The position numbers were made by a program, and so were the translations under genes. A stretch of DNA of 63,992 nt, the filler included, from Candidatus Hydrogenedentota bacterium (GTDB lineage Bacteria; JBFMHD01), in NCBI GenBank assembly GCA_040752395.1. It is 9 parts of 9 records of this genome, joined end to end, with 100 filler letters (N's around TTAATTAATTAA, not from the genome) between each part and the next. Parts side by side here need not be neighbours in the genome. Positions count along the whole stretch, not along the records: positions 18,116 to 23,918 come from JBFMHD010000176.1; positions 24,019 to 29,762 come from JBFMHD010000177.1; positions 29,863 to 35,593 come from JBFMHD010000178.1; 6 more parts are not named here. One strand, given 5' to 3'. This document shows, piece after piece, positions 20,728-31,178 of the stretch; the first letter of the stretch is position 1, and every line of letters starts with the position of its first letter. A model generated the notes under the pieces. That model had not been told where the DNA came from and did no database searches. It saw only the letters and a program-made list of their open reading frames with translations.

Positions 20728-21711
20728 ATGAAGACACTAATCCTCAGTCGTAAGGACATAGAAAAACTTATTTCTCCTAAAGAGGCAATTAAAGTTATAG
20801 AAAAAGCTTTTTATTATTACGGGAAATCTCAAGCTATGATGCCTGAAAAGATTTACCTTAACATCGAAGAATATAACGGTGATTTTAGAGCAATGCCCGG
20901 ATATATAAAACCGCTGGGATCTTGCGGCGTAAAATGGGTCTGTTCATATAAAAAAAACCTGAATTTCAAGCTGCCATCCGTTATGGCTGTACTAATCCTT
21001 AATTCACCTAAAAATGCATATCCTTTATCCATAATGGACGCTACCTATCTTACAAATTTAAGAACAGGGGCAGCTTCAGCTGTTGCTACTAAATATCTTG
21101 CAAGAGCCGACGCTGAAGTTTTGGCTTTTGTTGGTTGCGGTGTTCAGGCAGAATTCCAATTTTGGGTCTTCAAGGAAGTTTTTAAAAGATTAAAGCTGAT
21201 AAAAATTTATGATATAAATTCAACCGCGATGCTAAGCTTTGAGAAAAAAATTAAAATGTCAAAATTCAATGTAGAAACTTCAAAAAATATTGAAGAATGT
21301 GTTAAAGATAGTAATATAGTGATTACAACAACCCCTTCAAGAAAACCTATAATAAAATTTTCATATCTGAAAAACGGTATACATATAAATGCTATCGGTG
21401 CAGATGCACGCGGAAAACAGGAACTCGAAATAAAAATCCTTAAAAATGCAAAGATAGTCGTTGATGATTATAAGCAGGCGATGCACAGTGGTGAGATAAA
21501 TACCGGTGTGAAAAAGGGTATAATTACCAGAAAAGATATTTATGCAAGTTTAAGTGAAATTATAACCGGTTTAAAGAAAGCTCGGGAGAAAGAGGATGAA
21601 ATTACTGTTTTTGATTCTACGGGTTTAGCAATCCAGGACATAGCTGTTGCAAGTTTTGTCTATAGAAAAGCTAAAAAATTAAAAGTCGGCTTACAGATAC
21701 AATTGATTTAA
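20728..21711 (+). CDS. Ornithine cyclodeaminase/mu-crystallin family (archaeal-type alanine dehydrogenase-like)
   Basis: Motifs GDFRAMP, RTGAASA, GADARGKQE and FDSTGLAIQD. Confidence 0.85.
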   Translation: MKTLILSRKDIEKLISPKEAIKVIEKAFYYYGKSQAMMPEKIYLNIEEYNGDFRAMPGYIKPLGSCGVKWVCSYKKNLNFKLPSVMAVLILNSPKNAYPLSIMDATYLTNLRTGAASAVATKYLARADAEVLAFVGCGVQAEFQFWVFKEVFKRLKLIKIYDINSTAMLSFEKKIKMSKFNVETSKNIEECVKDSNIVITTTPSRKPIIKFSYLKNGIHINAIGADARGKQELEIKILKNAKIVVDDYKQAMHSGEINTGVKKGIITRKDIYASLSEIITGLKKAREKEDEITVFDSTGLAIQDIAVASFVYRKAKKLKVGLQIQLI

Positions 21712-21718
21712 CCCATTT

Positions 21719-22696
21719 ATGGTAAGAATTATGCGTTTATTGATTTTAATAATACTTATTGTATCATCTATTTGGGGCTGGAAATTCTGGAGTAAATCTT
21801 TTAGAAATTCTTTAAAGTATGAGTCCGAATTAAGTAGACTCCTGAAATCCCATGTGATCACTCTCTCACACCAAATAGGCGATAGAAACGTTTTTTCTAT
21901 TGATGCATTGAATCAGTCCGCGGATTACATAACTAAAACTTTTAACTCCATCGGATACAAGACAGAGTTTCAGTATTATACTTGTAGGGGAGCTAAAATA
22001 AAAAATATTATTGCGACAAAGATCGGTGTTTCGAATCCTTCTTTTATAATAATAGTCGGTGCTCATTACGACACCTGTTTTAATGTAGGTGCTGATGATA
22101 ACGCAAGCGCTGTTGCCGCTCTTCTTGAACTTAGCCGGTTTATGTTTAATAAAAAGACTGATAAAACTCTAAAATTCATTGCGTTTGTAAATGAGGAACC
22201 ACCGTTTTTCAAGAGTGATAATATGGGCAGTATGGTGTACGCAAAAAAAGCAAAAGAAAAAAATGAGGATATAAAAGCTGCGATAATACTTGAGATGCTC
22301 GGGTTTTATAACGAGAAACCGTTTTCACAGCGCTACCCACCTCTTTTCGGTTTCTTTTTCCCAAGTAAAGCAAATTTTATCGCAGCAATTGGTAATTTTA
22401 AATCGCAGTGGCTCGTTAAAATGGTTGTAAAAAGTTTTAAGAAAGCAACCTCTTTCCCTATTGAATATCTAACAACATTCAGCTTTGTACCAGGCGTCGA
22501 TTTCTCTGATAACTGGTCATTCTGGAAAATGGGATACCCTGCTATAATGATTACTGATACAGCATTCTATAGAAATCCCCACTATCACACAAATTCCGAT
22601 ACTTACGAAACGCTTAATTATGAATACATGGCAGAGATAGTTAAAGGAATAGCCGAGTCATTAATTGACCTTACTTCTGATGCCCCTCCCCTATGA
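21719..22696 (+). CDS. M28 family peptidase
   Basis: Motifs GAHYD, GADDNAS, EEPP, SDNWSF and YHT..D. Confidence 0.85.
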   Translation: MVRIMRLLILIILIVSSIWGWKFWSKSFRNSLKYESELSRLLKSHVITLSHQIGDRNVFSIDALNQSADYITKTFNSIGYKTEFQYYTCRGAKIKNIIATKIGVSNPSFIIIVGAHYDTCFNVGADDNASAVAALLELSRFMFNKKTDKTLKFIAFVNEEPPFFKSDNMGSMVYAKKAKEKNEDIKAAIILEMLGFYNEKPFSQRYPPLFGFFFPSKANFIAAIGNFKSQWLVKMVVKSFKKATSFPIEYLTTFSFVPGVDFSDNWSFWKMGYPAIMITDTAFYRNPHYHTNSDTYETLNYEYMAEIVKGIAESLIDLTSDAPPL

Positions 22697-22756
22697 AAAA
22701 GTAAAAAGTGAGAAGTAGCATAATGTATCTTCCAAAAATATAGAAGTGAGCCTTTG

Positions 22757-22869
22757 TAATAAGCACCTTTAGGTGTGTCTTTAAGATGAGGTATTTATAT
22801 TATTTTTAAGAGATTATTAAAACGGGTCTTGGGACCCTCACTACGTTTAATATATTTTTTCACACGTTC
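22757..22869. repeat. Partial copy of the GAACGTGTGAAA MITE family
   Basis: Body matches 41959-42026 and ends in TTTCACACGTTC. Confidence 0.6.
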
Positions 22870-22910
22870 TCAGTTATAGAAGCAAGAAGCAAGAGACATT
22901 ACCTTTTTCT

Positions 22911-23828
22911 ATGTTTGAAAAATGTAGATTATGTGGGTTTGAATGCGGTGTTAATAGAATAAGAGGAGAGAAAGGAAGATGCAAAGCCGGGTGTGAACTA
23001 AAAATAGCTAAATGGCTGCTGCACTTCGGTGAAGAACCACCTATAAGCGGAAATAATGGTTCAGGCACTATATTTTTTTCCTGTTGTTCCCTTCAATGTG
23101 TCTTTTGTCAGAACTATCAAATAAGTCAGGAAAGGATGGGAGAATTATATTCTATTGAAGAGTTTGTAAATATAATTTTTAGTCTACAGAATAAAGGGTG
23201 CCATAATATTAATCTTGTATCTCCTACACATTTTACACCTTTGATTAAACAGGGGATTATTAAGGCTAAAAATAATGGCCTTAAAATTCCTGTTGTTTAT
23301 AATACTAATGGTTTTGATAGCAGAGAAAATATTAATATGCTTGAAGGCATAGTTGATATTTATCTGCCTGATTTTAAATATTTTAATGATGGTTTCGCAT
23401 TAAAATATTCTTATGCAAAAAATTATAGAAAAACCGCTGAAAAATCTATACTTGAAATGTACAGACAGGTCGGTCATCTACAACTGGATCCTGATAAGAT
23501 AGCTTATAAAGGTATATTAATAAGACATCTGGTATTACCAGATTATATTTCAGGAACTTTTGAGATTTTAAAATGGATTAAAGATAAATTGTCTAAAAAA
23601 ACTTATATAAGCATTATGTCTCAGTATAATCCTGTATATAAAGCAAAAAAATATCCTGAAATAAATAGAACAATAACAAGAGATGAATATGAGAAAGTTA
23701 TAGAGTTTGCAGCTCATTTAGGATTTTCTAATTGTTTTATTCAGGATTATGATAGCCCAGATTATTATCTACCTGATTTTTCTAAAGAAAACCCATTTAA
23801 TTGGACAACCAGGGTTCAAAAGAATTAA
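22911..23828 (+). CDS. Radical SAM protein, PflX-like
   Basis: Motifs CRLCGFECGVNR, HFGEEPPISG..GSG and CSLQCVFCQN. Confidence 0.88.
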   Translation: MFEKCRLCGFECGVNRIRGEKGRCKAGCELKIAKWLLHFGEEPPISGNNGSGTIFFSCCSLQCVFCQNYQISQERMGELYSIEEFVNIIFSLQNKGCHNINLVSPTHFTPLIKQGIIKAKNNGLKIPVVYNTNGFDSRENINMLEGIVDIYLPDFKYFNDGFALKYSYAKNYRKTAEKSILEMYRQVGHLQLDPDKIAYKGILIRHLVLPDYISGTFEILKWIKDKLSKKTYISIMSQYNPVYKAKKYPEINRTITRDEYEKVIEFAAHLGFSNCFIQDYDSPDYYLPDFSKENPFNWTTRVQKN

Positions 23829-24187
23829 TTTCTCTGAAGAAGAATTTAAAAGATTTTTCTATTTTTTTCAAAAAATATTAATTCAGAAGCACTTGACGAA
23901 GTCTGGCCACCGAATTTTNNNNNNNNNNNNNNNNNNNNNNNNNNNNNNNNNNNNNNNNNNNNTTAATTAATTAANNNNNNNNNNNNNNNNNNNNNNNNNN
24001 NNNNNNNNNNNNNNNNNNTTTTTCTTTATAATCAAATATAACCTCGAGGTTTCCACCGCATCTCTTGCATACGAATGATTCTTTTGGATCATTTTCAGTG
24101 TTACATCTGATACATTTTGTAATAAATTCCATATTATATTATTAACTATAGTATATTATACTATCACAAATAAATTTGCAAAAGATT

Positions 24188-24898
24188 TTATTTTACTTTA
24201 TTCCAGTATCTTTTTATCCTGTAGATTGATACAAATATTTTCATTAAATCAAAGACCGTTAATTTTGTTTTGCCGGATTTTCGCTCACTGAAACAGATAG
24301 GTATCTCTTTTATTCTATAACCTCTTTTACAGAAAATATAGAGTATCTCTTCAAGTATAGAAGGTGTTGTTGAGAATAAATTATCAACGGGTATATTTTT
24401 TAGACATTCAACCCGCAAACATCTGTAACCGCTTGTATAATCTTTTACAGGAAGACTGAATATCAGTTTTACATAAAAGTTAGAAAGATATGTTAATATC
24501 TTTCGGTAGAATTTTCTGTGAGTCTGGTCTGATTGAGCATCGAGTCTGGAACCTATAACCATATCACAATCAGTTATGTTTTCCAGGAAGCGTGGTATAT
24601 CAGAGGGATTATGAGAAAAATCAGCATCAAGTTCAATAAGATAATCACATTGCTGTTTTAGAATGTATTGATATGCCTCCTTCTGTGCAGAACCCCTACC
24701 GCGAATCTTTCGGAAAATATAGTGAAGATTTTTATAGGTCTCTTTTAGTTTAAGGATCTTCTCCTGTGTCCCGTCAGTTGAGTCATCATCAACGATAAGT
24801 ATATTAAATTCTGGATCAATTTTAAAAATAGTAGTGATAAGCTCTTCTACGTTCCCAGCCTCATTAAGCGTCGGTATAAAAATAAAGACTTTACTCAT
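24188..24898 (-). CDS. Polyprenol monophosphomannose synthase-like GT2
   Basis: Motifs IPTLNE, VDDDSTDGT, DADFSH and KDYTSGYR. Confidence 0.88.
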   Translation of the reverse strand: MSKVFIFIPTLNEAGNVEELITTIFKIDPEFNILIVDDDSTDGTQEKILKLKETYKNLHYIFRKIRGRGSAQKEAYQYILKQQCDYLIELDADFSHNPSDIPRFLENITDCDMVIGSRLDAQSDQTHRKFYRKILTYLSNFYVKLIFSLPVKDYTSGYRCLRVECLKNIPVDNLFSTTPSILEEILYIFCKRGYRIKEIPICFSERKSGKTKLTVFDLMKIFVSIYRIKRYWNKVK

Positions 24899-24951
24899 AA
24901 TTTATATAATTATATAGTAATCTTTTATAATGCAAAAGACAAGCTAAATTT

Positions 24952-26040
24952 ATGGCGAAAAGAATTATTGTATTCTTAGTCCTGATTACATTTTTTTGCT
25001 CTTGCGGCCGAAAATATGAAAAGCCACGAACTATTAGAAGTAGTGATGTAAAAGATAGAAAAAATCTGTTTAAAAAATTAGATTCTGATAATATAAAAAT
25101 AAAACCAGCTTGTAATAATGATTATTTATCAGTTTTATATAAATTAATCAAAGAAGCTGAAAGATCAGTTGATGTTTTGCAGTTTGAATTAAATAGAGAC
25201 GATGAAGTAAGCAACATATTTAATGAACTTATAAAAGCAGTAGAAAGAGGCGTTGAAGTGAGAATATTAGCTGAGGATTCCATAGAGTTTAATAAAGAAC
25301 AAATCTCTTTTCTTCTCTCTAATGGCATAAAAGCAAAGCTCGATAAACCTTATAAAAAAATTCATTCTAAACTAATAATTATAGATGATAATAAAGCTAT
25401 AATTGGTTCTACTAACTGGAGTTATATGTCTTTGAAATATAATAATGAGACAAACGTGTTTATTGAGGGAAAAATTGTAAAAACTTACAAAGAATATTAT
25501 GAGAGGTTGTGGAACAGACAAATGAGTGATGATATTATAAAATTTTATACCGATAGAGTTAAACCCCTTATTGAAAAAGACTATTATCACCATTTAATAG
25601 AACAATTTAAAAACGCAACCAGAGAGATCGATGTATGTATGTATGGGATAAAATATTATGAAGGTAATACTGATGTTTATTCGCCAGACAATTTATTAAT
25701 AGGTTTAATAGCTGCAAAACAAAGAGGGGTTAAAGTACGGATGATACTTGAGCAAAGCGATTTTAATGATGTAACGAATGAGAATAACAGAGAAGCAGAA
25801 GAATATTTAGAAAATAATGGTATAAAAGTAAAGTGGGAGACGTTAGATACCATAACCCATGCAAAGCTGGTGATAATAGATAATGAAGTTATCGTTGGGT
25901 CGACAAACTGGGGTTTTGATGCATTAAGAAACAGGGCAGAGACAAATATCAGTGTTAAAGATGAAGAGATATTAAGATATTTTAAAGATTATTATAATAA
26001 AATATATCAGGATTCTGTTGATAATATCTTAATTGAGTAA
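24952..26040 (+). CDS. Phospholipase D-family lipoprotein (two HKD motifs)
   Basis: HSKLIIID...GSTNW and HAKLVIID...GSTNW, plus a lipobox-like CSC. Confidence 0.85.
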   Translation: MAKRIIVFLVLITFFCSCGRKYEKPRTIRSSDVKDRKNLFKKLDSDNIKIKPACNNDYLSVLYKLIKEAERSVDVLQFELNRDDEVSNIFNELIKAVERGVEVRILAEDSIEFNKEQISFLLSNGIKAKLDKPYKKIHSKLIIIDDNKAIIGSTNWSYMSLKYNNETNVFIEGKIVKTYKEYYERLWNRQMSDDIIKFYTDRVKPLIEKDYYHHLIEQFKNATREIDVCMYGIKYYEGNTDVYSPDNLLIGLIAAKQRGVKVRMILEQSDFNDVTNENNREAEEYLENNGIKVKWETLDTITHAKLVIIDNEVIVGSTNWGFDALRNRAETNISVKDEEILRYFKDYYNKIYQDSVDNILIE

Positions 26041-26391
26041 AATAGAGTTAAAAGATGATACAAATCCCCATCCAGATAGAGAAATAGCTGAATCGACCTC
26101 AAGAAAACAAAAGTTATGTACAAAAAAATGACAGGACAGTATGGTATTAAGAGGGAAATGTTTGCTTTATTGTAAACTGCTATCTGTTTCGTAACAATTT
26201 ATCAAATGTTTTTATATCTGATTTTTATTTTTTAAAACTTGAATTTTGCTATTTTTATAGCAGGATGGGGAATTTCTAAGTTGTCTTAAAAAATTGGGTC
26301 TCGAAATCTGCCAAAACACTTTTTCCTGGATGTGTAACTAACCCGCTCGATTGATAAATAAGGGGGTAGATTCGAAAATCAGAAAGAGGTG

Positions 26392-27228
26392 TTAGCTTAG
26401 TAAATTCGAGCTGTAGTTAATAGTAGAAAAGGGTAGGGGATTAAGTTCTGAGATCGAGTACCACCGAACCATCTTAAAAAATACTTCACTTGTTGAGAGA
26501 CAATCTATCCAGGACTTATGTCGCGAAAACGGGACCCTTATTTTATTTTCTTTTAATAAACCATCAAGTCTGACTGATTTACCGTATAATTTTTTGCCTA
26601 TCTGAAACGTATCAAGAACAGGGTTCGAGGGCCTCTTAATCTGTAATTTATCAAAATAATGGTTTAAAAAACCCATATCAAAATTCACACGATGAGCAAC
26701 TACAAGTGAATGGTCGATAAACTCTAAAAATTTAGGCAATACTTTTTCTATTGAAGGACAGTTTACGAGGTCTTCAGATTTTATGTTATTGACCTTTTGT
26801 GCTATCTGAGAAAAAAAGTTAGTTTTTGGTTTTATACGCTGAAAAAATATTCCATTAATATCAACACTTAATTTTTTCTTTATATTATATTTTAAGCAGC
26901 CTATCTCTATTATCTCTCCGCCTTCTTCTAAAAAACCAGTAGTTTCGATATCAATAAAAACAATACTTTTAAATCTTCTTAATTTTTTTAAAGTCTCTAT
27001 AAAATATTTTTCGCTTATTAAATGTTTTTTCGATTTATTTAGATTATTAAAACAGGTTTTGCATACAAAAAATGTCTGATGCTCTTTATTGATTTTACTT
27101 TTTGCTGTTATGACTTCCTTGCATATTATTTTTGCGTCGCATATAGCACATTCTTTTCTGGAGCCGATCTTAAGATAAGGTCCAAATAAAGAGTCATAAA
27201 CAACCTTGCATATATCTTTCGGAGTCAT
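26392..27228 (-). CDS. DEDDh 3'-5' exonuclease (DnaQ-like) with N-terminal CxxC/CxxC
   Basis: Motifs DIETTG, AHRVNFDMGF and H....D; Cys pairs CAIC and CKTC. Confidence 0.8.
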   Translation of the reverse strand: MTPKDICKVVYDSLFGPYLKIGSRKECAICDAKIICKEVITAKSKINKEHQTFFVCKTCFNNLNKSKKHLISEKYFIETLKKLRRFKSIVFIDIETTGFLEEGGEIIEIGCLKYNIKKKLSVDINGIFFQRIKPKTNFFSQIAQKVNNIKSEDLVNCPSIEKVLPKFLEFIDHSLVVAHRVNFDMGFLNHYFDKLQIKRPSNPVLDTFQIGKKLYGKSVRLDGLLKENKIRVPFSRHKSWIDCLSTSEVFFKMVRWYSISELNPLPFSTINYSSNLLS

Positions 27229-27390
27229 TTGATCAATTATTTTTCTATCTAAAATTACACAGGGTTTTTTGTTTTTACTACCCTGTTATTCAGGATAAAA
27301 TTCTTTTATTTTTGAATATTTTGTCAAGTAAAAAACACCAGCCATTTTTCATTGACATAAATTGTAAAAGTTTTAATATATTTTGTTTTC

Positions 27391-27460
27391 TGATACTTCT
27401 TACTTCCCACTTCTTGCTTCTACTTGATATTATTATAGTTACAAAGTTTTCCAGAGGAGG
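27391..27460 (+). repeat. Modular repeat copy (C-D only) supplying the SD of the nitrilase gene
   Basis: CTACTTGATATTATTATAGTTACAAAGTTTTCCAGAGGAGG. Confidence 0.85.
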
Positions 27461-27470
27461 TATAAAAACT

Positions 27471-28346
27471 ATGCCAAGGATTGTAAAAGCAGGTCTTGTA
27501 CAAACTCAGTTAAACACACCTGTAACCAAGCCAATCAAGACTATTAAGAAAAATATGATTGATTTAAATGAGGACTTGATTCGACAGGGGGCAAAAAAGG
27601 GTGTGCAGATTATTTGTCTGCAAGAGATTTTCTATGGGCCTTATTTCTGTGCCGAACAGAATATAAGATGGTATGAATCTTCTGAACCTATCCCGGATGG
27701 TCCGACTACGCGCTGGGCTATGGATCTGGCTAAAGAACTTGGGATGGTTATAATACTGCCAATCTATGAAGAAGCGATGACCGGTGTTTATTACAATACT
27801 GCTGCTTGTATAGATGCTGATGGTACTTATCTTGGGAAATACAGAAAAAATCATATACCGCATTGCGGACCCGGGTTCTATGAAAAATTTTATTTTAAGC
27901 CCGGGAACCTCGGTTATCCTGTATTCGAGACAGCGATAGGTAAAGTTGGTGTCTATATTTGCTATGACAGACATTTTCCTGAAGGCGCAAGATTACTCGG
28001 GCTTAATGGAGCTGAGATAATTTTTAATCCTTCTGCAACTGTTGCTGGTTTATCAGAATACCTCTGGTTATTAGAGCAGCCTGCTTGCGCTGTTGCAAAC
28101 CAGTATTTTGTCGGTGCCATTAATCGTGTCGGCTATGAAAAGCCCTGGAATATCGGCGAATTTTATGGACAGTCATATTTCTGCAATCCACGAGGACAAA
28201 TACTTGCTAAAGGACCTAGAAATAAGAATGCGGTTGTTATTGCTGAACTTGATTTAGACCAGATTCTTGAAGTGAGAAACGTCTGGCAGTTCTTTAGAGA
28301 CAGAAGACCTGAAACATACGGAGATATGGTGAGGCTACTGCCGTGA
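27471..28346 (+). CDS. Nitrilase-family carbon-nitrogen hydrolase (beta-ureidopropionase-like)
   Basis: Catalytic triad motifs LQEIF, YRKNHIP and ICYDRHFPE; C-terminal WQFFRDRRP. Confidence 0.9.
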   Translation: MPRIVKAGLVQTQLNTPVTKPIKTIKKNMIDLNEDLIRQGAKKGVQIICLQEIFYGPYFCAEQNIRWYESSEPIPDGPTTRWAMDLAKELGMVIILPIYEEAMTGVYYNTAACIDADGTYLGKYRKNHIPHCGPGFYEKFYFKPGNLGYPVFETAIGKVGVYICYDRHFPEGARLLGLNGAEIIFNPSATVAGLSEYLWLLEQPACAVANQYFVGAINRVGYEKPWNIGEFYGQSYFCNPRGQILAKGPRNKNAVVIAELDLDQILEVRNVWQFFRDRRPETYGDMVRLLP

Positions 28347-28355
28347 GGACCCACA

Positions 28356-29582
28356 ATGGTTAAGTCAATACCTGCTTCCAAGATAGCAATGTTAGCTGAT
28401 AAGTATCGAAATGATATGGTTACATTTATGCGTGATTTGATTCGGATACCAGGTGAATCTACTAAAGAAGAAGAGGTGATAAAACGGACAGAGGAAGAGA
28501 TGAAAAAATGCATCTTCGATGATGTTTTTATTGACCCTATGGGCAATGTGATTGGAAGAATAGGTAGTGGAAAAACTATTATTGCGATAGATGCTCATAT
28601 GGATACTGTTGGCGTAGGTGATAGAAGTTCGTGGCAATGGGATCCCTATGAAGGTAAAGTTGAAAATGATATCATTTTTGGTCGGGGTGCAGCAGACCAG
28701 CGGTGTGCTATGGTTGGTATGGTTTATGGTGGACGAATTATTAAAGAACTTGAGCTCATTGATGATTACACACTTTATATAGTCGGTAGTGTTCAGGAAG
28801 AGGATTGCGATGGCCTGCCCTGGTTATACATTGTAAAAGAAGATAAAATTATACCTGAGTGTGTCATGATAACTGATTCGACGAATATGAACATCTATCG
28901 TGGCCAACGCGGTAGAATGGAGATACGCGTGACGGTACAGGGTAGATCCTGCCATGGATCAGCACCAGAACGCGGTATCAATGCCATATATAAAATGGTA
29001 CCCATCATTGAAGGGATCGAAAAACTTAACAAAAAATTGAAAAAAGATAAATTTCTTGAGAAAGGCACAATTACTGTAACCCAGATTTTTTTTCAAGGAC
29101 CTTCACAATGTGCTGTTCCTGATTCCTGCACTATACATATTGATAGACGTTTAACCTTAGGCGAAACTAAAGAATCAGCAATTGCAGAGATAAAATCATT
29201 AAAAGGAGCAGGAGATGCAACTGTTGAGGTACCTGTTTATCGACAACCTTCCTGGCGGGGAGTGGTATATGAAATGGAAAAATATTATCCCACTTGGGTA
29301 TTACCAAAAGACCATATCGCTGTTAAATCTGCTACAAAAGCCTTTAAAAAGGTGCTTAAAAGAAAACCTGTAATAGGGAAATGGACTTTTTCAACTAATG
29401 GTGTTGCTGTGATGGGGATTTTGGGTATCCCTTGTGTTGGGTTTGGGCCTGCTGATGAGATTTATGCCCATTCTGTTCTTGATCAGGTACCGATACAGCA
29501 TCTTGTAGATTCAGCGAAAGTGTATGCAGCATGGCCGCTTGCTTATTTAAAAGAAAAATCGCAGCATCGAATTGAAAGTTGA
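28356..29582 (+). CDS. YgeY-like M20 metallohydrolase
   Basis: Motifs DAHMDTVG, GSVQEEDCDG, RGQRGRMEI and WTFSTNGV. Confidence 0.85.
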   Translation: MVKSIPASKIAMLADKYRNDMVTFMRDLIRIPGESTKEEEVIKRTEEEMKKCIFDDVFIDPMGNVIGRIGSGKTIIAIDAHMDTVGVGDRSSWQWDPYEGKVENDIIFGRGAADQRCAMVGMVYGGRIIKELELIDDYTLYIVGSVQEEDCDGLPWLYIVKEDKIIPECVMITDSTNMNIYRGQRGRMEIRVTVQGRSCHGSAPERGINAIYKMVPIIEGIEKLNKKLKKDKFLEKGTITVTQIFFQGPSQCAVPDSCTIHIDRRLTLGETKESAIAEIKSLKGAGDATVEVPVYRQPSWRGVVYEMEKYYPTWVLPKDHIAVKSATKAFKKVLKRKPVIGKWTFSTNGVAVMGILGIPCVGFGPADEIYAHSVLDQVPIQHLVDSAKVYAAWPLAYLKEKSQHRIES

Positions 29583-29587
29583 AGTTA

Positions 29588-29762
29588 GAGCACAAAGGCA
29601 CCTGCCTGCGCCGCACTCCGCTGCGGCAGGCAGGCAAAGGCACAGAGGCACAGAGGCACAAAGTATGAAAAGAGTCACAAGTCGCAAGTCGTGAGTCAAA
29701 ACAGGACTCGAGACTCAAGACTCAAGACTCAAGACTTTTCAGCAGGCTTTGGGCTTTTGGCT
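29588..29762 (+). repeat. Modular repeat copy (CCTGCC hairpin, E, A, start of B) at contig end
   Basis: GGCACAGA units and GTGAGTCAAAACAGGACTCGAGACTCAAGA. Confidence 0.9.
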
Positions 29763-29862
29763 NNNNNNNNNNNNNNNNNNNNNNNNNNNNNNNNNNNNNN
29801 NNNNNNTTAATTAATTAANNNNNNNNNNNNNNNNNNNNNNNNNNNNNNNNNNNNNNNNNNNN

Positions 29863-29990
29863 CCTGTTTTGACTCACGACTCTCGACTCCCGACCCCTAA
29901 TATACCCCATCCCCTATGACCCATCCCCTAATATCCTTTGTGCCTCTGTGCCTTTCCTTTAAATCTTTCAATCTTTCAATCTTTGACTTC
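29863..29990 (-). repeat. Modular repeat copy with G-run module at contig start
   Basis: Near-perfect reverse complement of 35501-35590. Confidence 0.9.
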
Positions 29991-29994
29991 TAAT

Positions 29995-31164
29995 TTACTC
30001 GATATGAAATAGTCTGAACAATACCACTATTGGGGTGTAGTATGATTTTATAGCATCAGCATTACCACCATACGCTGTAACTATAGCAGGGTATTTATCA
30101 CATAATTTGAAATAATTTGATGCTTTATTTAGAATGAGCTGTGTTTTCTGCATTTGTTCTGGGGGATAATTTTTTACGGTTTCCGGATCAGAGCTGATGG
30201 ATTTTAAGTGTTCAAGAATTTTTATTACGATATCACGTTTTATGTCTACTAATAGATCAATGAGTTCTACTGGATATTTTTGTGAGACAAGGAATCTACC
30301 TTCTTCAAGGAGTAGTTTTATACGGTTAGCAATGCTGAGTTGTTCAGCGATTTTTTCATAATCTCTATATTTTATTTCTTCTTCTGGTTTCTTTTCTTTT
30401 TTAGGCAGTTCTTTTTTTTCTTCGCCAAACATCCATGCGTTCAAACATCTACGAGTTCTTTTCGAACGAGAGTCATAGATTTTAAGTCTGCCGTCCTCAA
30501 CACTATAGATACAGGTACGGTTTTCGCGTGATAGTATAGAATCGAGCTCTTCTTTTTGTTTTAGAAAATCGCTTATTGATTCATCGGTATCGATTAATTT
30601 TAAAATCTCGGAGATTGGTTTCTTGGATATAGTGGTCGCTGAGCTATAAATAGATTTGAGGTACTCGGTATATAAAAATGTAGAGCTTGTTAAAAGAGGA
30701 AACTTAAATAATAGATCAGCTTTTTTATTTAATCCCGCTTCTTTTATCTCGCATAGCTTAATTAATTTTTCATATTGAGATGGTAGTATTAAATGGATAA
30801 ACTGGTAATCTTTAAATTCTTCGAATCTGCCAGTGAACTGCATTCTTTTACCGCCAATGATTTCCGGTTTACCTGAATAATGTCCCTGAAACGAGCCAGC
30901 AGAGTTGTATAAGATATACACTTCAAAATCGCGCATCGATTTCGATTCAGTTCTAAAACCTGCTTCTTCAAGATAGGATTTAATCTCATGGTCTATATTA
31001 TGTAATGTTATTTTAGAAGGGGAGGGGTATCCATATATATCTCTTATAAAATCGCAATCAGTTCCATAAAAGTTCATTATGACTTTAGTTTTTAATCCCT
31101 CCTGCAGCCCTTCTATCTCTTTATAAAATTTCCATAAATAATAAACTATAAGATAATCTTTCAT
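29995..31164 (-). CDS. Hypothetical protein
   Basis: 389-aa ORF immediately downstream of FapA with a GGAG SD. No recognised motif. Confidence 0.7.
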   Translation of the reverse strand: MKDYLIVYYLWKFYKEIEGLQEGLKTKVIMNFYGTDCDFIRDIYGYPSPSKITLHNIDHEIKSYLEEAGFRTESKSMRDFEVYILYNSAGSFQGHYSGKPEIIGGKRMQFTGRFEEFKDYQFIHLILPSQYEKLIKLCEIKEAGLNKKADLLFKFPLLTSSTFLYTEYLKSIYSSATTISKKPISEILKLIDTDESISDFLKQKEELDSILSRENRTCIYSVEDGRLKIYDSRSKRTRRCLNAWMFGEEKKELPKKEKKPEEEIKYRDYEKIAEQLSIANRIKLLLEEGRFLVSQKYPVELIDLLVDIKRDIVIKILEHLKSISSDPETVKNYPPEQMQKTQLILNKASNYFKLCDKYPAIVTAYGGNADAIKSYYTPIVVLFRLFHIE

Positions 31165-31178
31165 GGTAGTTGATACTC

